Shown here one piece after another: positions 1 to 10,927 of a stretch of 64,000 nucleotides of DNA. The notes beneath the pieces are model-generated. The model was given only the letters and a program-made list of their open reading frames with translations. It was not told where the DNA came from and ran no database searches. The stretch is from positions 1-64,000 of the forward strand of contig MEDY01000024.1 in the NCBI GenBank assembly GCA_001724265.1, read 5' to 3'. Numbering within the stretch: position 1 is the first letter of the stretch; each line of letters begins with the position of its first letter. The position numbers were made by a program, and so were the translations under genes. This DNA comes from Rhizaria sp. SCN 62-66. Its lineage: Eukaryota.

Positions 1-343
1 CGATGGAATATTTCGCTCGTAGTGAAATAGAAAAGTGCGCACCAAGGCGCGAAAATCGCGGAAAACACGTTTTTTCATAAACCTCTACATCGGGGGTACG
101 TACATATGTAAATGATTGTATTCTATTCTAGGTCGTGTGAATAACAGTAAGACATGACAAAATAAACATGAACAAACATAACGAATGCGGCGCGTGAGAC
201 AGCATGTTAAGTCACAAATGATGAAATCAAAACGATCAAGGCACATTCCGTAGGGTTGCTTGCTCTCTGCACCGAATTCTAGCGCACGAACGTCATCACA
301 CGCCGCTCATCGTCAATGTTCGAACTGTGTCGCAACTCATTAC

Positions 344-3300
344 TCAGTGCAGGAGCGCGAGCTGCGGTCCGTTGCTACCATCGATCGCGACGGCAGCCAC
401 GGGCATCGCGCCCGCAGCCACGAACCCAGGCGTGAGACGGACGCTGTTCACACGGCCGTGCGCCGAGTAAGACGAGGAAGTCAGGCCGCCCGCGCTTGAA
501 GTCAAGCCGCCAGCCGTGACATCCCAGAGCGTCTGCGCCTCTGATGAGGCAGTCGCTGAGGCCGCGTCTTGGTCGCCTGGCGACATTGCAAACAGGCTAC
601 TGCCCTGACTAGAGCCGGTATGGCCGCCGCCGTATCCGTAGCCATCATCGTCATCATGATCCTGGGTGCCATAGCTATCATCGCCGTCCCCGTGGTTTGC
701 ACCGTCAGCGCTCGCAGTGTGACCGTTGTCATCCAGACTTCCGGAGCGGCAGAACGCGGAGCCCGCCGCGGCGCTGAAGTCGACGAACCCCACGCTGCCG
801 TCGTCGCGCCCCACCAGCACGCCACTCGCACTCGCTCTCGCGCCTCCACGAGCGCCGGCGACTGCGACGGGGGCGAGGGCGGCCACACCGGCACCGGCGT
901 CGCCGCCGCAGGAGACGGCCGCCAGCAGACCGCGCGCCGGACGCCGCTTCCTGCCAGCGCCAGAGCCCGCGCCAGCGCCGGTGGAGACGACGGAACCGAG
1001 GTCCCAGAGACGGACCTCCCCGTTGGCGGCGCCGGTGAGCAGCGCCAGCCCGGCGCCGCCGGTGCTGTTGACGGCGGCGCCGGCGAGCGCGACCGCGGTG
1101 ACGTCGCAGCCGGCGTCGCCGAAGGGGGCGAACTCGCGCACGCAGCCCTGGGCGCGCGTGTCGTACACGCGCACTTCGCCGTTATCGTCGAGCGACACCG
1201 CGACGCGCCCGCACAGGGACAGCGCAGCGGCGGTGACCGCGCCCGGAAGGTCCGACAGAGGGTCGCCAACGGCGCCGGCCGCGGGCAGGCGGGGGCGCGA
1301 TGGCCATGGGGCCTGCATGAGCGAGCACGCGTCCAAGCTGAACGCCGCGGCGGCCGGAACCGACCACAGAGGCAGCGGCCCGCTGCCCGCCGTCGCCAGG
1401 TGGCCGCGGACACCGGTCTGACTGTGACCCGCGTGGCCGCCGTGGGATGACGGCGAGAGCGTGGCCGTGGGCGCGGGAGCCGGCGCCGCGAGGTCCCAGA
1501 GCTTGAGCGCGCCGTCCAGTCCGCCCGTCAGCAGCGACCCGGTGACTGGCGCGAACGACAGCGCGGTGACGGCGGCGTCGTGGGCCGCCTCGACGGTGTG
1601 CGTGACGTTGCCGTAGTCGGTGCAGTAGAGGTACAGCGTGCCATCGGCGCCCGCGACGACGACGTTGCCGCCCTGCGGATCGAGCAGCTCGCACTGCGTC
1701 AGCGCCAGCGTCGACAGGCGCAGCGTGCGGCAGATGCGGCCCGTGGCGGGCGCCCACGCCTTGAGCACGCCGTCTGCCGTGGTGAGGAAGACGAGCGCCG
1801 GGCACGACGGCGATGCCAGCAGCGCCGCCGCCACCGAGTTGCTGCGCGCGTCGGGGTTGCAGTCGTCGCCGCCCGCAATCGCAGAGCTGGGGCTGCCGCT
1901 GACCGTGGGCAGGGTGGGGACGGCGCAGGTGACCGCGGCCGTGGAGTGGAACGGCGCCGCGGGCGTGTAATGCAGCGGCTTGGTCGTGAACCAGTCGTGG
2001 CCCACACTCACTTGCTGCTGCTGCTGCTGCTTTGAGGTCCGCCCAGTGCCGCTGCCGGTACTGTTGTGCGCAAACGAAACGCGAGTGTTGCGACGACTGA
2101 TCGTATCGTCGCGGTAATTCCCACTGCTGTTGTTATTATTGAGAGCGCTGTCGAGGTCTCGCTCACGTTGCTCCTGCTCGCGCTGCTGAGCGTAAGTCTC
2201 ATCCGCAGCCTCCACCTCGGCCTCAGCAAAGCGCGACCGCGACCGCGAGCGCTCGCGCGCGCTGCTGCCGCTGCTGTTGCCGGCGACATACACGGTAGCA
2301 GTGCTCGAGCCGGCGCGCGCGATGGTGCTGCGGCGGCGGCGCTCGAGCGAGGCCGAGGCGGCGGACACCGCGGGCGCGGCCGCGGAGGCGGGGGCGGAGG
2401 CGGGGATGAGGGACGACATGGCGAGTAGCTGGGTCAGGTCGTCGGCGTCAGCGTTGTTGCCGTCGTTGTTGGCCGTGTTGTTGTTGATGTTGCTCAAGAG
2501 GTCGTCGTCGTCATCGTCATTGTCGCTCTCCTGCTGGCCGAAGATATTGCTGCCGTCGCCCACAGCCACGGCGTCGACATCGGGCTCGGCAGCAGGAGCA
2601 GCGGCAGCAGTATCTGGCTCAGGCTCGGATACTGGAACAGTGTCAGCAGCAGCCTCCGCAGCTGCAGCTTCGGCCTCGCACTCTTGCTTTGTCGCAGCAT
2701 CAGCAGAAGCAACAGCTTCAGCTTCAGCAGCAGCAGCAGCAGCATCAGACTTAGGCTCAGCTTCGGTAGCTTCAGCATTAGCGGCGCTAGCTTCAGCAGT
2801 ATTGGGCTCGCCGCTGTTATTTTTGTCATCAGAGTCAGCGCCAGAGTCGGCCTCGGAGTCACTAAGCGTCTCGGGCGCGTCGTCTAAGGGCTTGCCGTCC
2901 TCGAACGCCCACCCGGAGCCACCCGCACTGAGATCGCCGCCGCTCGCCACCGCGCTGCGCAACAGGGCGCGCGCGGCCCGCGCGGCGGCGGCGGCGTCCC
3001 CACGCCGCGGGTGGGGCCAGCGGAAGAGCAGCCGCGGCGTCTGGCCGAACTCGAGCATCTGCGTGACGAGCTGCTCGCGCTCGCGCGCGTCGGCCACAGC
3101 GTCCAAGTCCACCACGCCCTCGTACGTCAGCGGGTAGAAAAGGTTATCCGCGGCGGCCGCGGCGGGCCCGCGCTGCTTGGCGCCGAAGACAAGGTCGATC
3201 CAGTGGTGCAGCCGAGCCGACACGTGGGGCGACTCGAGAGCGGTGCGCATGAGGGACACAAAACGCGGGGCGGAGCCGCGCGCCCATGGCGGCAGCGCAA

Positions 3301-6300
3301 CGTCGTCCAGATCGGAGCCCGAGGCCGTCTCGCCGAGCGGCAGCCCTAGCGCGTTGACCAGGAACGAGCCCGAGGACGAGGTGACTGGCGCCTCGGCCAC
3401 GTCGACGACGGCGCCGGTGCCGCTCAACTCCTCATCAGCAGCGCTGTAAACAGCAGTTGCTTTGCCGTCGTCCGCGGAGTCGCTGCCGCTCAGAGTGGCG
3501 GCGGCGGCAGCAGCATTATCGACAGACGCCGAGAGCGGGTACGCGAGCCCAGTGTCGTAGAACTCCGGCACGAGCTCCTTCAGGTCGCCGGGTGCCGAGG
3601 TGGCTGACCGCCACGCCTTGGCGAGGGAGCCGAACGCGCGGTCGGGGTGGTCGAACTTGCCGTTTTGCAGCCGCAGCATGAGCTCCGGCGCGGACCGCAC
3701 GAGGTAGTGCAGCACGTACCCCGGCGCGCTATAATGCGTGCCGTAGAGAAACGCGCGACCGTAGGGCCGGTCCTCGACGGGGGTCTCGCGCAGGCGCATC
3801 TGGTAGTGCGCCAGCCGCTGCGGCGTCAGCGCGCCCATGGGCTTCGTCAGGTCGCGGTATGTGGCCGGGGAGCTCAAGTCGAGCCGCGGGGAGGCGAAGT
3901 CCGCGATGACCCAGGGGAAGACGGGGTACTGCGAGATGTCTTGGAATGAGCGGCCCGCGCTGAGGTTGAGATACAAGAGGTAGTCGTAGTTGCTGACGAA
4001 GCCGGCCGACCAAGCAAGCAGCACGGACCGCGGCGGTGGCGGCGGCAGCGGCTTGTACAGCGGCTGCGCCGTGATGGTGGCCAGCACGAGATCGCGCAGC
4101 GCCGGCGTGGGCAGGGTGAGGTACAGCGACGTGTGCGACTGCGGTGTGATGAGGCTGTACTTGCGCCAGAACGAGCGCGCCTCAGCCTCCTCCTCCGTCT
4201 CGGCCGCCGCAGCCGCAGCGTCAACGCCGCCGTCTCCACTCGCGGCCTCGGAGCCAGAGATCAGAAGTTGCTGCTGACTCAGCAGCAGCTGCTGCTGTTG
4301 CTCGCAGTCGCCCCCCGCGGCGATCGCACTGCCCGGGCCTGCGCCGGCACCAACAACGTCGCCGCCGCCGCCGGTTGAGAACGAGCGCTGCGCCGATTTT
4401 TTCGGAACCATGATCTCCAGCCCGACGTCGCGCATGCCGAAGCGGCGCGGGTACAAAGCGTCGATGCTCGCGATCTCGAGCTTGAGCAGCGGGTTGGTTG
4501 TCAGCGAGGGGAACGAGTGGAAGTAAAGCCGCTCGGAGCTCAGGAACAGGCGCCCGGGGGTGATCATGAGTGGCGTCACCAAGTGCGCGAGGACCGTGTG
4601 CTGACTCGTCGTCGTGTGGCCGCCGTTGCCGCCGCCCACCGCGCCGCCGCCAACGTCGCTGCTGTCGGCGACACTGGAGGGCGTTGCGCTACTCGTCGTG
4701 AGCGAGAGGTTCGCAACAGCCATCTCAGGACTCGATGCAGTGATCGCGGTGTTGTTGTTGTAACTATTGTTGGGCGCATCATTGTAGCTGATGTGCGCGG
4801 GCAGCTGCGGCGTCTCGCGCAGCGACACGATCCACGTCGTGTCGAACTCGATGCGCCGCTCGTGTTCGGCCGTCACCGCCGCCACCGCGGCGCGCGGCTG
4901 CGGAAATAGCGCCAGCGCAGTGCACCTCAGGAAAGGCAGCGTTGCCGCCGTCGAGACGGGCATGCACGGCGGCGGCGGCGGCGCGGCCGCAGCAGCAGCT
5001 GCTGTAGCCGCAGAGCTGGAGCCCGCGCTGCTAGAGCTAGAGCTGGAGCTGGAGCTGCCGAAGAGCTTGAACTTGAAGAAGCCGCCGCCGCCGCCGCCGC
5101 CGGAGGTGCTGTTGGCGGGGGTGCCCGTCAGCGTGGGCTTGCGCTGCAGCTGCGAGGACGCCTGTGTGCCGAAGCTCGAGCTAAAGTTCGAGGCAGAGAC
5201 AGAGACGCAGTGGCCGAGAGCGGCGGCCGGGCCCTGGCCGATGGGGACGCCGGGGGCGATGATCCGGGCGACGGCGGCGACGACGCTGTAAGGGACGCCG
5301 AGACCGTCGTTCTCGCGGGAGCCTCCGGCGACTGTAAGGGCCCCATTGCCCGCCGCTGCCGCAGAGGCCGCCGCAGAGGCCTCCGAGGCGTCCAGGGGAA
5401 TGGGGACGATCGCCGAGCCGACCGCAGACGCCCCGGAAGTTAGGCCGCCGGCTTGTGCGTTGGCGCTGCCGGTGCGCTGCAAGCGGACCGCCGTGCCAGT
5501 TAGAGGCGTGCTCGTACCGCTATTGGTCCCGGAGCTGGCACTGCCGCCGCCGACGCCCCCGATGAGCTTGCGGGTCAGCCACGACAGGCCGCTGCTACTA
5601 GAGCTGGAGCTAGAGCTGGAGCTGGAGCTTGATGTGGTGCTCACAGCGTCGTCTGCGTCGTTGGCGTTGCTGCTGCTGTTGTTATTGAAGTCGTACTTGC
5701 TGGTGTAGGCTGAGAGCATGCGCGTGCGCTCTGCGACGACGGCGTGCTCGATGAGGAACAGCGCGGCCGTCAGAGGCGCGAGCTGATCGACGTGCGAGTA
5801 CGAGGTCGTGATCAGGAACTCGCACTGCGCAGTCGTACCCCCGCCGCCCACGTTCACCGCGCTAATGTTACTGCTGCTGCTGCTGGCGCTCATGTTGGCG
5901 GCGGTGTTGCTGTAGTTGTACGGGGCTGCGGCGGGGCCGAACGACAGCTGACCGCCGGCGCCGCTGCCGCTGCCGCTGCCGCTGCTGGCGTCGGTGGCGC
6001 CGGACAGCGCGGCCGCCGCGGAGATGGGCGTCGCGCCTGCCGCGCCCACGCTAGCAGCACTGCTGGACACGCTCGAGCTGCTCGGTGCGTTGGTCAGAGG
6101 GCAGGGGCGCGTGACGGTGGTGTAGGGCTGGTTGACGTGGATTAGCGTGTAGCTCGGACACAGGGCGAGGAAGCTACCCATGTCGCTGTCCATGGCCCCA
6201 GCACCCGCGGCGGCGCCCGCGGCTCCAGTGGCGTAGGTGCCCGAGGCCAGGGAGAGCGACGTCGACAGCGACAGCCCGGGCGAGCCGCCGAGGCCAAGGC

Positions 6301-6757
6301 TGTTGCTGCCGGCGCTGCTGAAGCCCGGCGCGGTCGCGGTAGGAGACTGCCAGCCATCGACCGCGTTGCCGCTGCCGCCGCTGCTGCTGCTGGAAGGCGC
6401 GAAGTATGTGAGCTCCGGCATGGCGGCGAACGGGAGGCGGTAGATGGGCTGGCGCGACTCGTCGGGCTCGAAGTAGAGGTTGCGCGAGCAGACGTGGAAG
6501 CGGCCCTTGAGGCGCGTGCGGCCCTGCGCTGCCGCGCGCGACCACGCCCACGGCGCGGGCGCGGGCACGGGCGTCGCGCTCGCCGCGGAGGCGGCCGTAG
6601 TGGCGACCGGGAGGGAGACGGGGCGCAGCGGCGGGTCCGCAGCCGAGGCGGCGGGCAGGGTGAGGAAGCCACCGAAGTCTTTGTAGTAGTACTCGCGCTC
6701 CTCAAGAAAGAGGAGGTTGAAGCGCTTGATGTTGTTCTTCGGGGTTGTGCCCAGCAT
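344..6757 (-). CDS. NSMAF: FAN/NSMAF-like BEACH-domain protein (PH/GRAM-like, BEACH, WD40), 2137 aa, single exon, with many low-complexity insertions
   Basis: N-terminal KRFNLLFLEEREYYY resembles the FAN N-terminus. Also has PGRLFLSSERLYF (PH/GRAM-like), BEACH motifs SNYDYLLYLNLSAGRSFQDISQYPVFPWVI, YGTHYSAPGYVLHYLVR, DLKELVPEFY, LHHWIDLVFG and EFGQTPRLLF, and WD repeats (AHDAAVTALSF...TGGLDGALKLWD). Ends in TGA. Confidence 0.9.
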   Translation of the reverse strand: MLGTTPKNNIKRFNLLFLEEREYYYKDFGGFLTLPAASAADPPLRPVSLPVATTAASAASATPVPAPAPWAWSRAAAQGRTRLKGRFHVCSRNLYFEPDESRQPIYRLPFAAMPELTYFAPSSSSSGGSGNAVDGWQSPTATAPGFSSAGSNSLGLGGSPGLSLSTSLSLASGTYATGAAGAAAGAGAMDSDMGSFLALCPSYTLIHVNQPYTTVTRPCPLTNAPSSSSVSSSAASVGAAGATPISAAAALSGATDASSGSGSGSGAGGQLSFGPAAAPYNYSNTAANMSASSSSSNISAVNVGGGGTTAQCEFLITTSYSHVDQLAPLTAALFLIEHAVVAERTRMLSAYTSKYDFNNNSSSNANDADDAVSTTSSSSSSSSSSSSSSGLSWLTRKLIGGVGGGSASSGTNSGTSTPLTGTAVRLQRTGSANAQAGGLTSGASAVGSAIVPIPLDASEASAAASAAAAGNGALTVAGGSRENDGLGVPYSVVAAVARIIAPGVPIGQGPAAALGHCVSVSASNFSSSFGTQASSQLQRKPTLTGTPANSTSGGGGGGGFFKFKLFGSSSSSSSSSSAGSSSAATAAAAAAAPPPPPCMPVSTAATLPFLRCTALALFPQPRAAVAAVTAEHERRIEFDTTWIVSLRETPQLPAHISYNDAPNNSYNNNTAITASSPEMAVANLSLTTSSATPSSVADSSDVGGGAVGGGNGGHTTTSQHTVLAHLVTPLMITPGRLFLSSERLYFHSFPSLTTNPLLKLEIASIDALYPRRFGMRDVGLEIMVPKKSAQRSFSTGGGGDVVGAGAGPGSAIAAGGDCEQQQQLLLSQQQLLISGSEAASGDGGVDAAAAAAETEEEAEARSFWRKYSLITPQSHTSLYLTLPTPALRDLVLATITAQPLYKPLPPPPPRSVLLAWSAGFVSNYDYLLYLNLSAGRSFQDISQYPVFPWVIADFASPRLDLSSPATYRDLTKPMGALTPQRLAHYQMRLRETPVEDRPYGRAFLYGTHYSAPGYVLHYLVRSAPELMLRLQNGKFDHPDRAFGSLAKAWRSATSAPGDLKELVPEFYDTGLAYPLSASVDNAAAAAATLSGSDSADDGKATAVYSAADEELSGTGAVVDVAEAPVTSSSGSFLVNALGLPLGETASGSDLDDVALPPWARGSAPRFVSLMRTALESPHVSARLHHWIDLVFGAKQRGPAAAAADNLFYPLTYEGVVDLDAVADAREREQLVTQMLEFGQTPRLLFRWPHPRRGDAAAAARAARALLRSAVASGGDLSAGGSGWAFEDGKPLDDAPETLSDSEADSGADSDDKNNSGEPNTAEASAANAEATEAEPKSDAAAAAAEAEAVASADAATKQECEAEAAAAEAAADTVPVSEPEPDTAAAAPAAEPDVDAVAVGDGSNIFGQQESDNDDDDDDLLSNINNNTANNDGNNADADDLTQLLAMSSLIPASAPASAAAPAVSAASASLERRRRSTIARAGSSTATVYVAGNSSGSSARERSRSRSRFAEAEVEAADETYAQQREQEQRERDLDSALNNNNSSGNYRDDTISRRNTRVSFAHNSTGSGTGRTSKQQQQQQVSVGHDWFTTKPLHYTPAAPFHSTAAVTCAVPTLPTVSGSPSSAIAGGDDCNPDARSNSVAAALLASPSCPALVFLTTADGVLKAWAPATGRICRTLRLSTLALTQCELLDPQGGNVVVAGADGTLYLYCTDYGNVTHTVEAAHDAAVTALSFAPVTGSLLTGGLDGALKLWDLAAPAPAPTATLSPSSHGGHAGHSQTGVRGHLATAGSGPLPLWSVPAAAAFSLDACSLMQAPWPSRPRLPAAGAVGDPLSDLPGAVTAAALSLCGRVAVSLDDNGEVRVYDTRAQGCVREFAPFGDAGCDVTAVALAGAAVNSTGGAGLALLTGAANGEVRLWDLGSVVSTGAGAGSGAGRKRRPARGLLAAVSCGGDAGAGVAALAPVAVAGARGGARASASGVLVGRDDGSVGFVDFSAAAGSAFCRSGSLDDNGHTASADGANHGDGDDSYGTQDHDDDDGYGYGGGHTGSSQGSSLFAMSPGDQDAASATASSEAQTLWDVTAGGLTSSAGGLTSSSYSAHGRVNSVRLTPGFVAAGAMPVAAVAIDGSNGPQLALLH

Positions 6758-7696
6758 CGTGCGCGCGGACGGGGGTCAGGGCTGTGAGCGCCTGAGTGCG
6801 TGCGAGGCCGGAGAAGAGGGGCGGGTCGGAGTGGCTGTCAGCGAAAGGACGGATCGTTGGAGTCGGTTCTGGAGTCTAAGGAAGTTAAAAATGAGGTTCG
6901 GACCAAACAAATATGGTATGATAGAAGAGTTAGTCATTGGATATTCCAGTTTTGTTTCAGATCGTGGGGCCCAACTTTAGATATAGCAGGTGGTAGACGA
7001 GGTCAGCAAGAAAGGCATACGGCTGGCACGCGAACGAGATAAACAAGGCAAGCACTACATTTTTTATATTGGTATAAAGTAAGCACATAAGATTCATAGC
7101 CTTCTGTATGTTGGTCCTCGAACTAATGCTATCGACGGACACGGGGTGCTACTGTATTAGGGTGAAAGAGCCGTCCCTAATCTTAGGCCCAGAGTCGGCG
7201 TTAACTTGACATACTTAAAGGATTACTCCAAATCTCGTCAGCCGAGTATGTGGCGTAGCGTTAACTAGAGTAGACTCTTGAAAACTAATTGTGTATAATA
7301 TATATTGTTTTTGATTGAATATATAGCGTCTGTAAAACAATGTGCATATCTACGCGATAAACAACGCATCTGGAGCAAACGACCCCGTTTTTCATTGTTC
7401 TGACTCACTCGCACCGCTGGGGGTTGCTGCGCCGTCATTCGTTCTCGGAAGAAACAGACGCAACGGCCAGATGTAGAGTCAGATGCACATCCACACACGC
7501 ATGTACACACGAAGACGTGTGTTCTAAATAAGAGCCGCAAACGACACTGCAAGGAACTTGTCGCGCAGCGTTGCAGGGTGCAATGCGAGATCAAACAGTC
7601 GTTCAGACCAGCACTGAGTGAGTAATTCCCAGACTCAAGCGCGGTTGGCTGACTTGCAGAGCGTTTCCGACACGATAATACGCGCAGAAGAAAAAA

Positions 7697-7726
7697 TAAA
7701 CAAGCGCGTCTTAAACAAGCGCGTCT
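7697..7726. repeat. Perfect 15-bp tandem duplication (TAAACAAGCGCGTCT x2) downstream of NDUFA2
   Basis: Read directly at 7697-7711 and 7712-7726. Confidence 0.8.
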
Positions 7727-7893
7727 AAAAGCTGTTCGCGGTTGAGTCCACTGTGTGAGACATGCTGGTTGCACGATGTTGCACGTGACCGTGAGAGATT
7801 GCGCGTGGATACTGTGTGCACCGTCGTCACAGAGTCGCTGAGCCACATCAGGGTCGTGGTGCGGTGTAGCGCTGAGGAGGAGCGAAAGCTTAC

Positions 7894-8318
7894 TTACGCC
7901 TTGGGGTTGGTGATGTTCTGGAGGGACTTGAGGATGTCGGCCTCAGTCGCCGCAGACAGGGGGGTCACGGTCTCAACGCCGAAGGCTGTAAAGCGGAAAG
8001 ATGAAAACAAACAAAAAGAACGCAGAAACAAAACGGTGAGATAACGAACTAGGATGATACGGAAGCAATCATGCAAGAGAGTGGTGGTTGGCAGGAATCG
8101 GGCGGAATAGGAGCATAAAACGTACGGAAACGGGTGACCATGACGGAGTCCTTGACGGCGGAGGACTCACGAATGAGGATGGGAAGGGCAGGGTTGTCCT
8201 TCTTGATGGCGACGTAGTTGTTCTGGAGGAACTTGGACGCAGCGTCGGTGCCGGGGAGAGCCTTGTTGAGCAGGAAGCGGACCTCCTTCACGCGCTTAGT
8301 AGCAAGGTTGCGCCACAT
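7894..8318 (-). CDS. NDUFA2: NADH:ubiquinone oxidoreductase subunit B8 (NDUFA2, L51/S25/CI-B8 family), 94 aa
   Basis: Exons 8318-8126 and 7985-7894, intron GTACGT...TTTACAG in phase 1. Spliced protein MWRNLATKRVKEVRFLL...FLQNNYVAIKKDNPALPILIRE...TRFPFGVETVTPL contains the characteristic NY..IK..NP.LPILIRE motif. Probable 5'-UTR intron at 8383-8319. Confidence 0.88.
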
Positions 8319-8762
8319 CTATAGAAATTTAAAAGAAGAATTAAGATAATTTGCTTCGTTAGATAGTGTGTTAGGGTACTCACAGAGATATCAACGGACT
8401 TTACAGCGCGCCGGGCGTGCACAAAGATAAGCCAATCTCGCCACAACCTCAACTGATCGCAGAGCAAGTCGAGGAGCCACTTGCAGGGCGCCCAGCACAT
8501 CATGTGAAACAGCGAGAAGGTTGGCATAACATTCAAATAAAGACAAACTAGTGTAAAAGTATCTAGTAAAACGGGATATACTCTGAAGACGATTTAAGGC
8601 CGACATGAGGTCGAAATAGTTTTACGGCTTAACTTCGTTGGGGCGCAGTTCTGCAAAAAGTTAAATCAATTTGCGCCCCGCTCGGTCGGTCGCCGGTTTG
8701 GCTGTCGACCTGTCCCACTCTTGAGGGGGGATTTGTCGCGTAAAGCATTTATAGATTACGAC

Positions 8763-10287
8763 ATGGCTATGTCCCTGGCGCAGTCTCTGCGCAAGTGTAC
8801 GTCAAAATATTGCTTGAATTGCTAAACACCCTCGTCCAGTCTCCCCTTGTGTCGTCTTTGTGACCTCACTTGGTCGCCACCACACCAACCTGCACGACGA
8901 CCACAAAGCATCTCCGCTCGCCCTCTAATGAATGCTACTGAAGTCAGCATGCTTTTGCAGCACTACTACAGAACACCATATATCTATTCCGCGCACTTAC
9001 ATCTCTCCACACTTCCTCCGCCTTGATCTACTCCTACCTTAAACTCGTCATCACCGCTCCGAACGCACCACTCTCGTGCTCATCACTTTGCGTTGTGCCT
9101 CGTTCGCTCCCTGCGACATCACCGCGCTCCATCTTAACATCATGACGTATATCACCATCACAGCGACTCGTGTCGTCGGCGCTCCCTCGCGTCTGATCAA
9201 CACCTTCCTGACCAAGGGTGAGAACGTCGTGGTGCAGAAGGTCACCAACTCGGGCTATGCCGAGACCGTCGGCACCCTCTTCGGCTCCACCTCCACCCTT
9301 GGCCCCTACGTCACCGAGCGCCTCGCGCGCCAGGGTCTCACGCTTGTGCTGCCCTACCGCGACGACTACTCCAAGGTGCGCCACAACAAGATCCTGGGCG
9401 AGGTCGGCCAGGTCGTCCCGCTGCCCACGGACCTTTTCGACAAGGAGTCCGTCGAGAAGTCCGTTGTCAACTCGAACATCGTCGTCAACATGATCGGCGC
9501 GCACCAGACCACGCTGCACTACAACCTGCACGACGCCAACGTCAAGACCGCGCACCGCATCGCCAAGATCGCCAAGGAGAACGGCGTCACCCGCTTCATC
9601 CACGTCTCTGCGATGGGTGCGGCCCCCGACTCCAAGAGCGACGTTCTCCGCTGCAAGTACGAGTCCGAGCTCGCTGTCAAGTCCTTCTTCCCCAACGCCT
9701 CGATCATTCGCCCTGCGCCAATGTACAATCACGACTCGCGCCTGATTTGCGAGATCGGCCGCGCCGCCGTGCAGCGCTTCCACATCACCTACGGCTCCGA
9801 CGCTCTCATCCAGCCCGTGTCGTACGAGGACGTCTCGCTCGCCATCCAGCAGATCGCCATGAACCCTGAGATTGACGGTCAGACGTGGGAGCTCGCGGGC
9901 GACACCAAGATCACCCGCGGCGAGCTCGCCGAGCTGTGCCGCCTCATCACCGACTACAAGTCGGCCAACTTCTTCGAGCTCAAGTCGTGCATCTCGGTCC
10001 CCCTCGCGCACCTCATGGACAAGTTCATGGTGCCCAAGTACTTCCGTCCCCACGGCCTGCGCACGGGCCGCGCTGAGTACGACGCCTGCGACCTCGTCAT
10101 CAACGCTGCCGCGCCCACTGACGGCATCAAGACACTCCAGGACCTCGGCATCACCCCCCGCCCCTTCAAGCTGGGCGTCATCAAGGCCCTCAAGCCCTAC
10201 GTCGCGGCCGACTCCGTCGTGCAGGCCGGTGTCGACGGCGTCGGTGTGTCCAAGTGGCAGCCCCACGGCAAGGAGGCCGTCCACTAA
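8763..10287 (+). CDS. NDUFA9: NADH:ubiquinone oxidoreductase 39-kDa subunit (NDUFA9, atypical SDR), 385 aa
   Basis: Exons 8763-8796 and 9164-10287, intron GTACGT...CACAG in phase 1. Splicing gives a mitochondrial-presequence-like start MAMSLAQSLRKSTRVVG. Motifs LVLPYR, LGEVGQVV, SNIVVNMIG, RFIHVSAMGA, IIRPAPMY and IQPVSYEDV are present. Confidence 0.9.
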
Positions 10288-10927
10288 GCGTCGCAACGCG
10301 CGCGCTGATGCCACGCGACGAGGGTGTCAACGCACGATCAAGCGTTCGCACTTGGTTGTGTTTATTATAGTATTCCAGGCGTGCGTTGGATAACTTTAGC
10401 TGAAGCTTACACACGCCTGACATTTTCTTTTTCTCATTTCTTTTTATCTCTTTTTGTTTTTTTGATGTGTATTTTTGTACTCTCTCTACGAGTGTGGTAG
10501 AGAAATTGCAAGTGCACTGACAAAGTAGAGAGTGTTGTTGTCTTCGCGTTTCGATGCAGCACACTCGGTTTTCTACTGACTAAAATCTATTTTACTAAGA
10601 CGTATTCAATAATAAGTTGTTGATTACACACTCAAATACACTTTAGATAAACTTTTAAAACGCCGCACGATGTGTTTGAGTTCCTCGCTCGCCGTAACAA
10701 TCGGAATAATTGTCACTGTGGTATTCGATGTATTCAACGCTCAATGTTAGTTTGACCTTACGTTGACGTTTAGTTTAATAATACGTGGACGCGAAATGAT
10801 TTCGAGATATTATATACATTGTGTTCGTAGCATAATGGCAGTTGCAGTCGCAGCTACTCCTATCAACTCAAATAGCTTCTGCTCACTTAGCCTCCGCACT
10901 GCCTGTCAGGCTGACTTAGTGAGTTGT

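Noticed and set aside
47-64. E2F-like motifs at the window start (and TTTCCCGC at 63174)
   Set aside because: Short motifs with no clearly assignable target gene inside the window.
218-300. ATGATGA resembling a snoRNA C box
   Set aside because: No matching D box or terminal stem nearby.
7265-7846. 193-aa minus-strand ORF downstream of NDUFA2
   Set aside because: UTR/intergenic composition, no codon bias, no recognisable motif.
9034-10314. 426-aa antisense ORF over NDUFA9, plus many other overlapping ORFs in GC-rich exons
   Set aside because: Shadow frames produced by strong codon bias and high GC; no motifs of their own.
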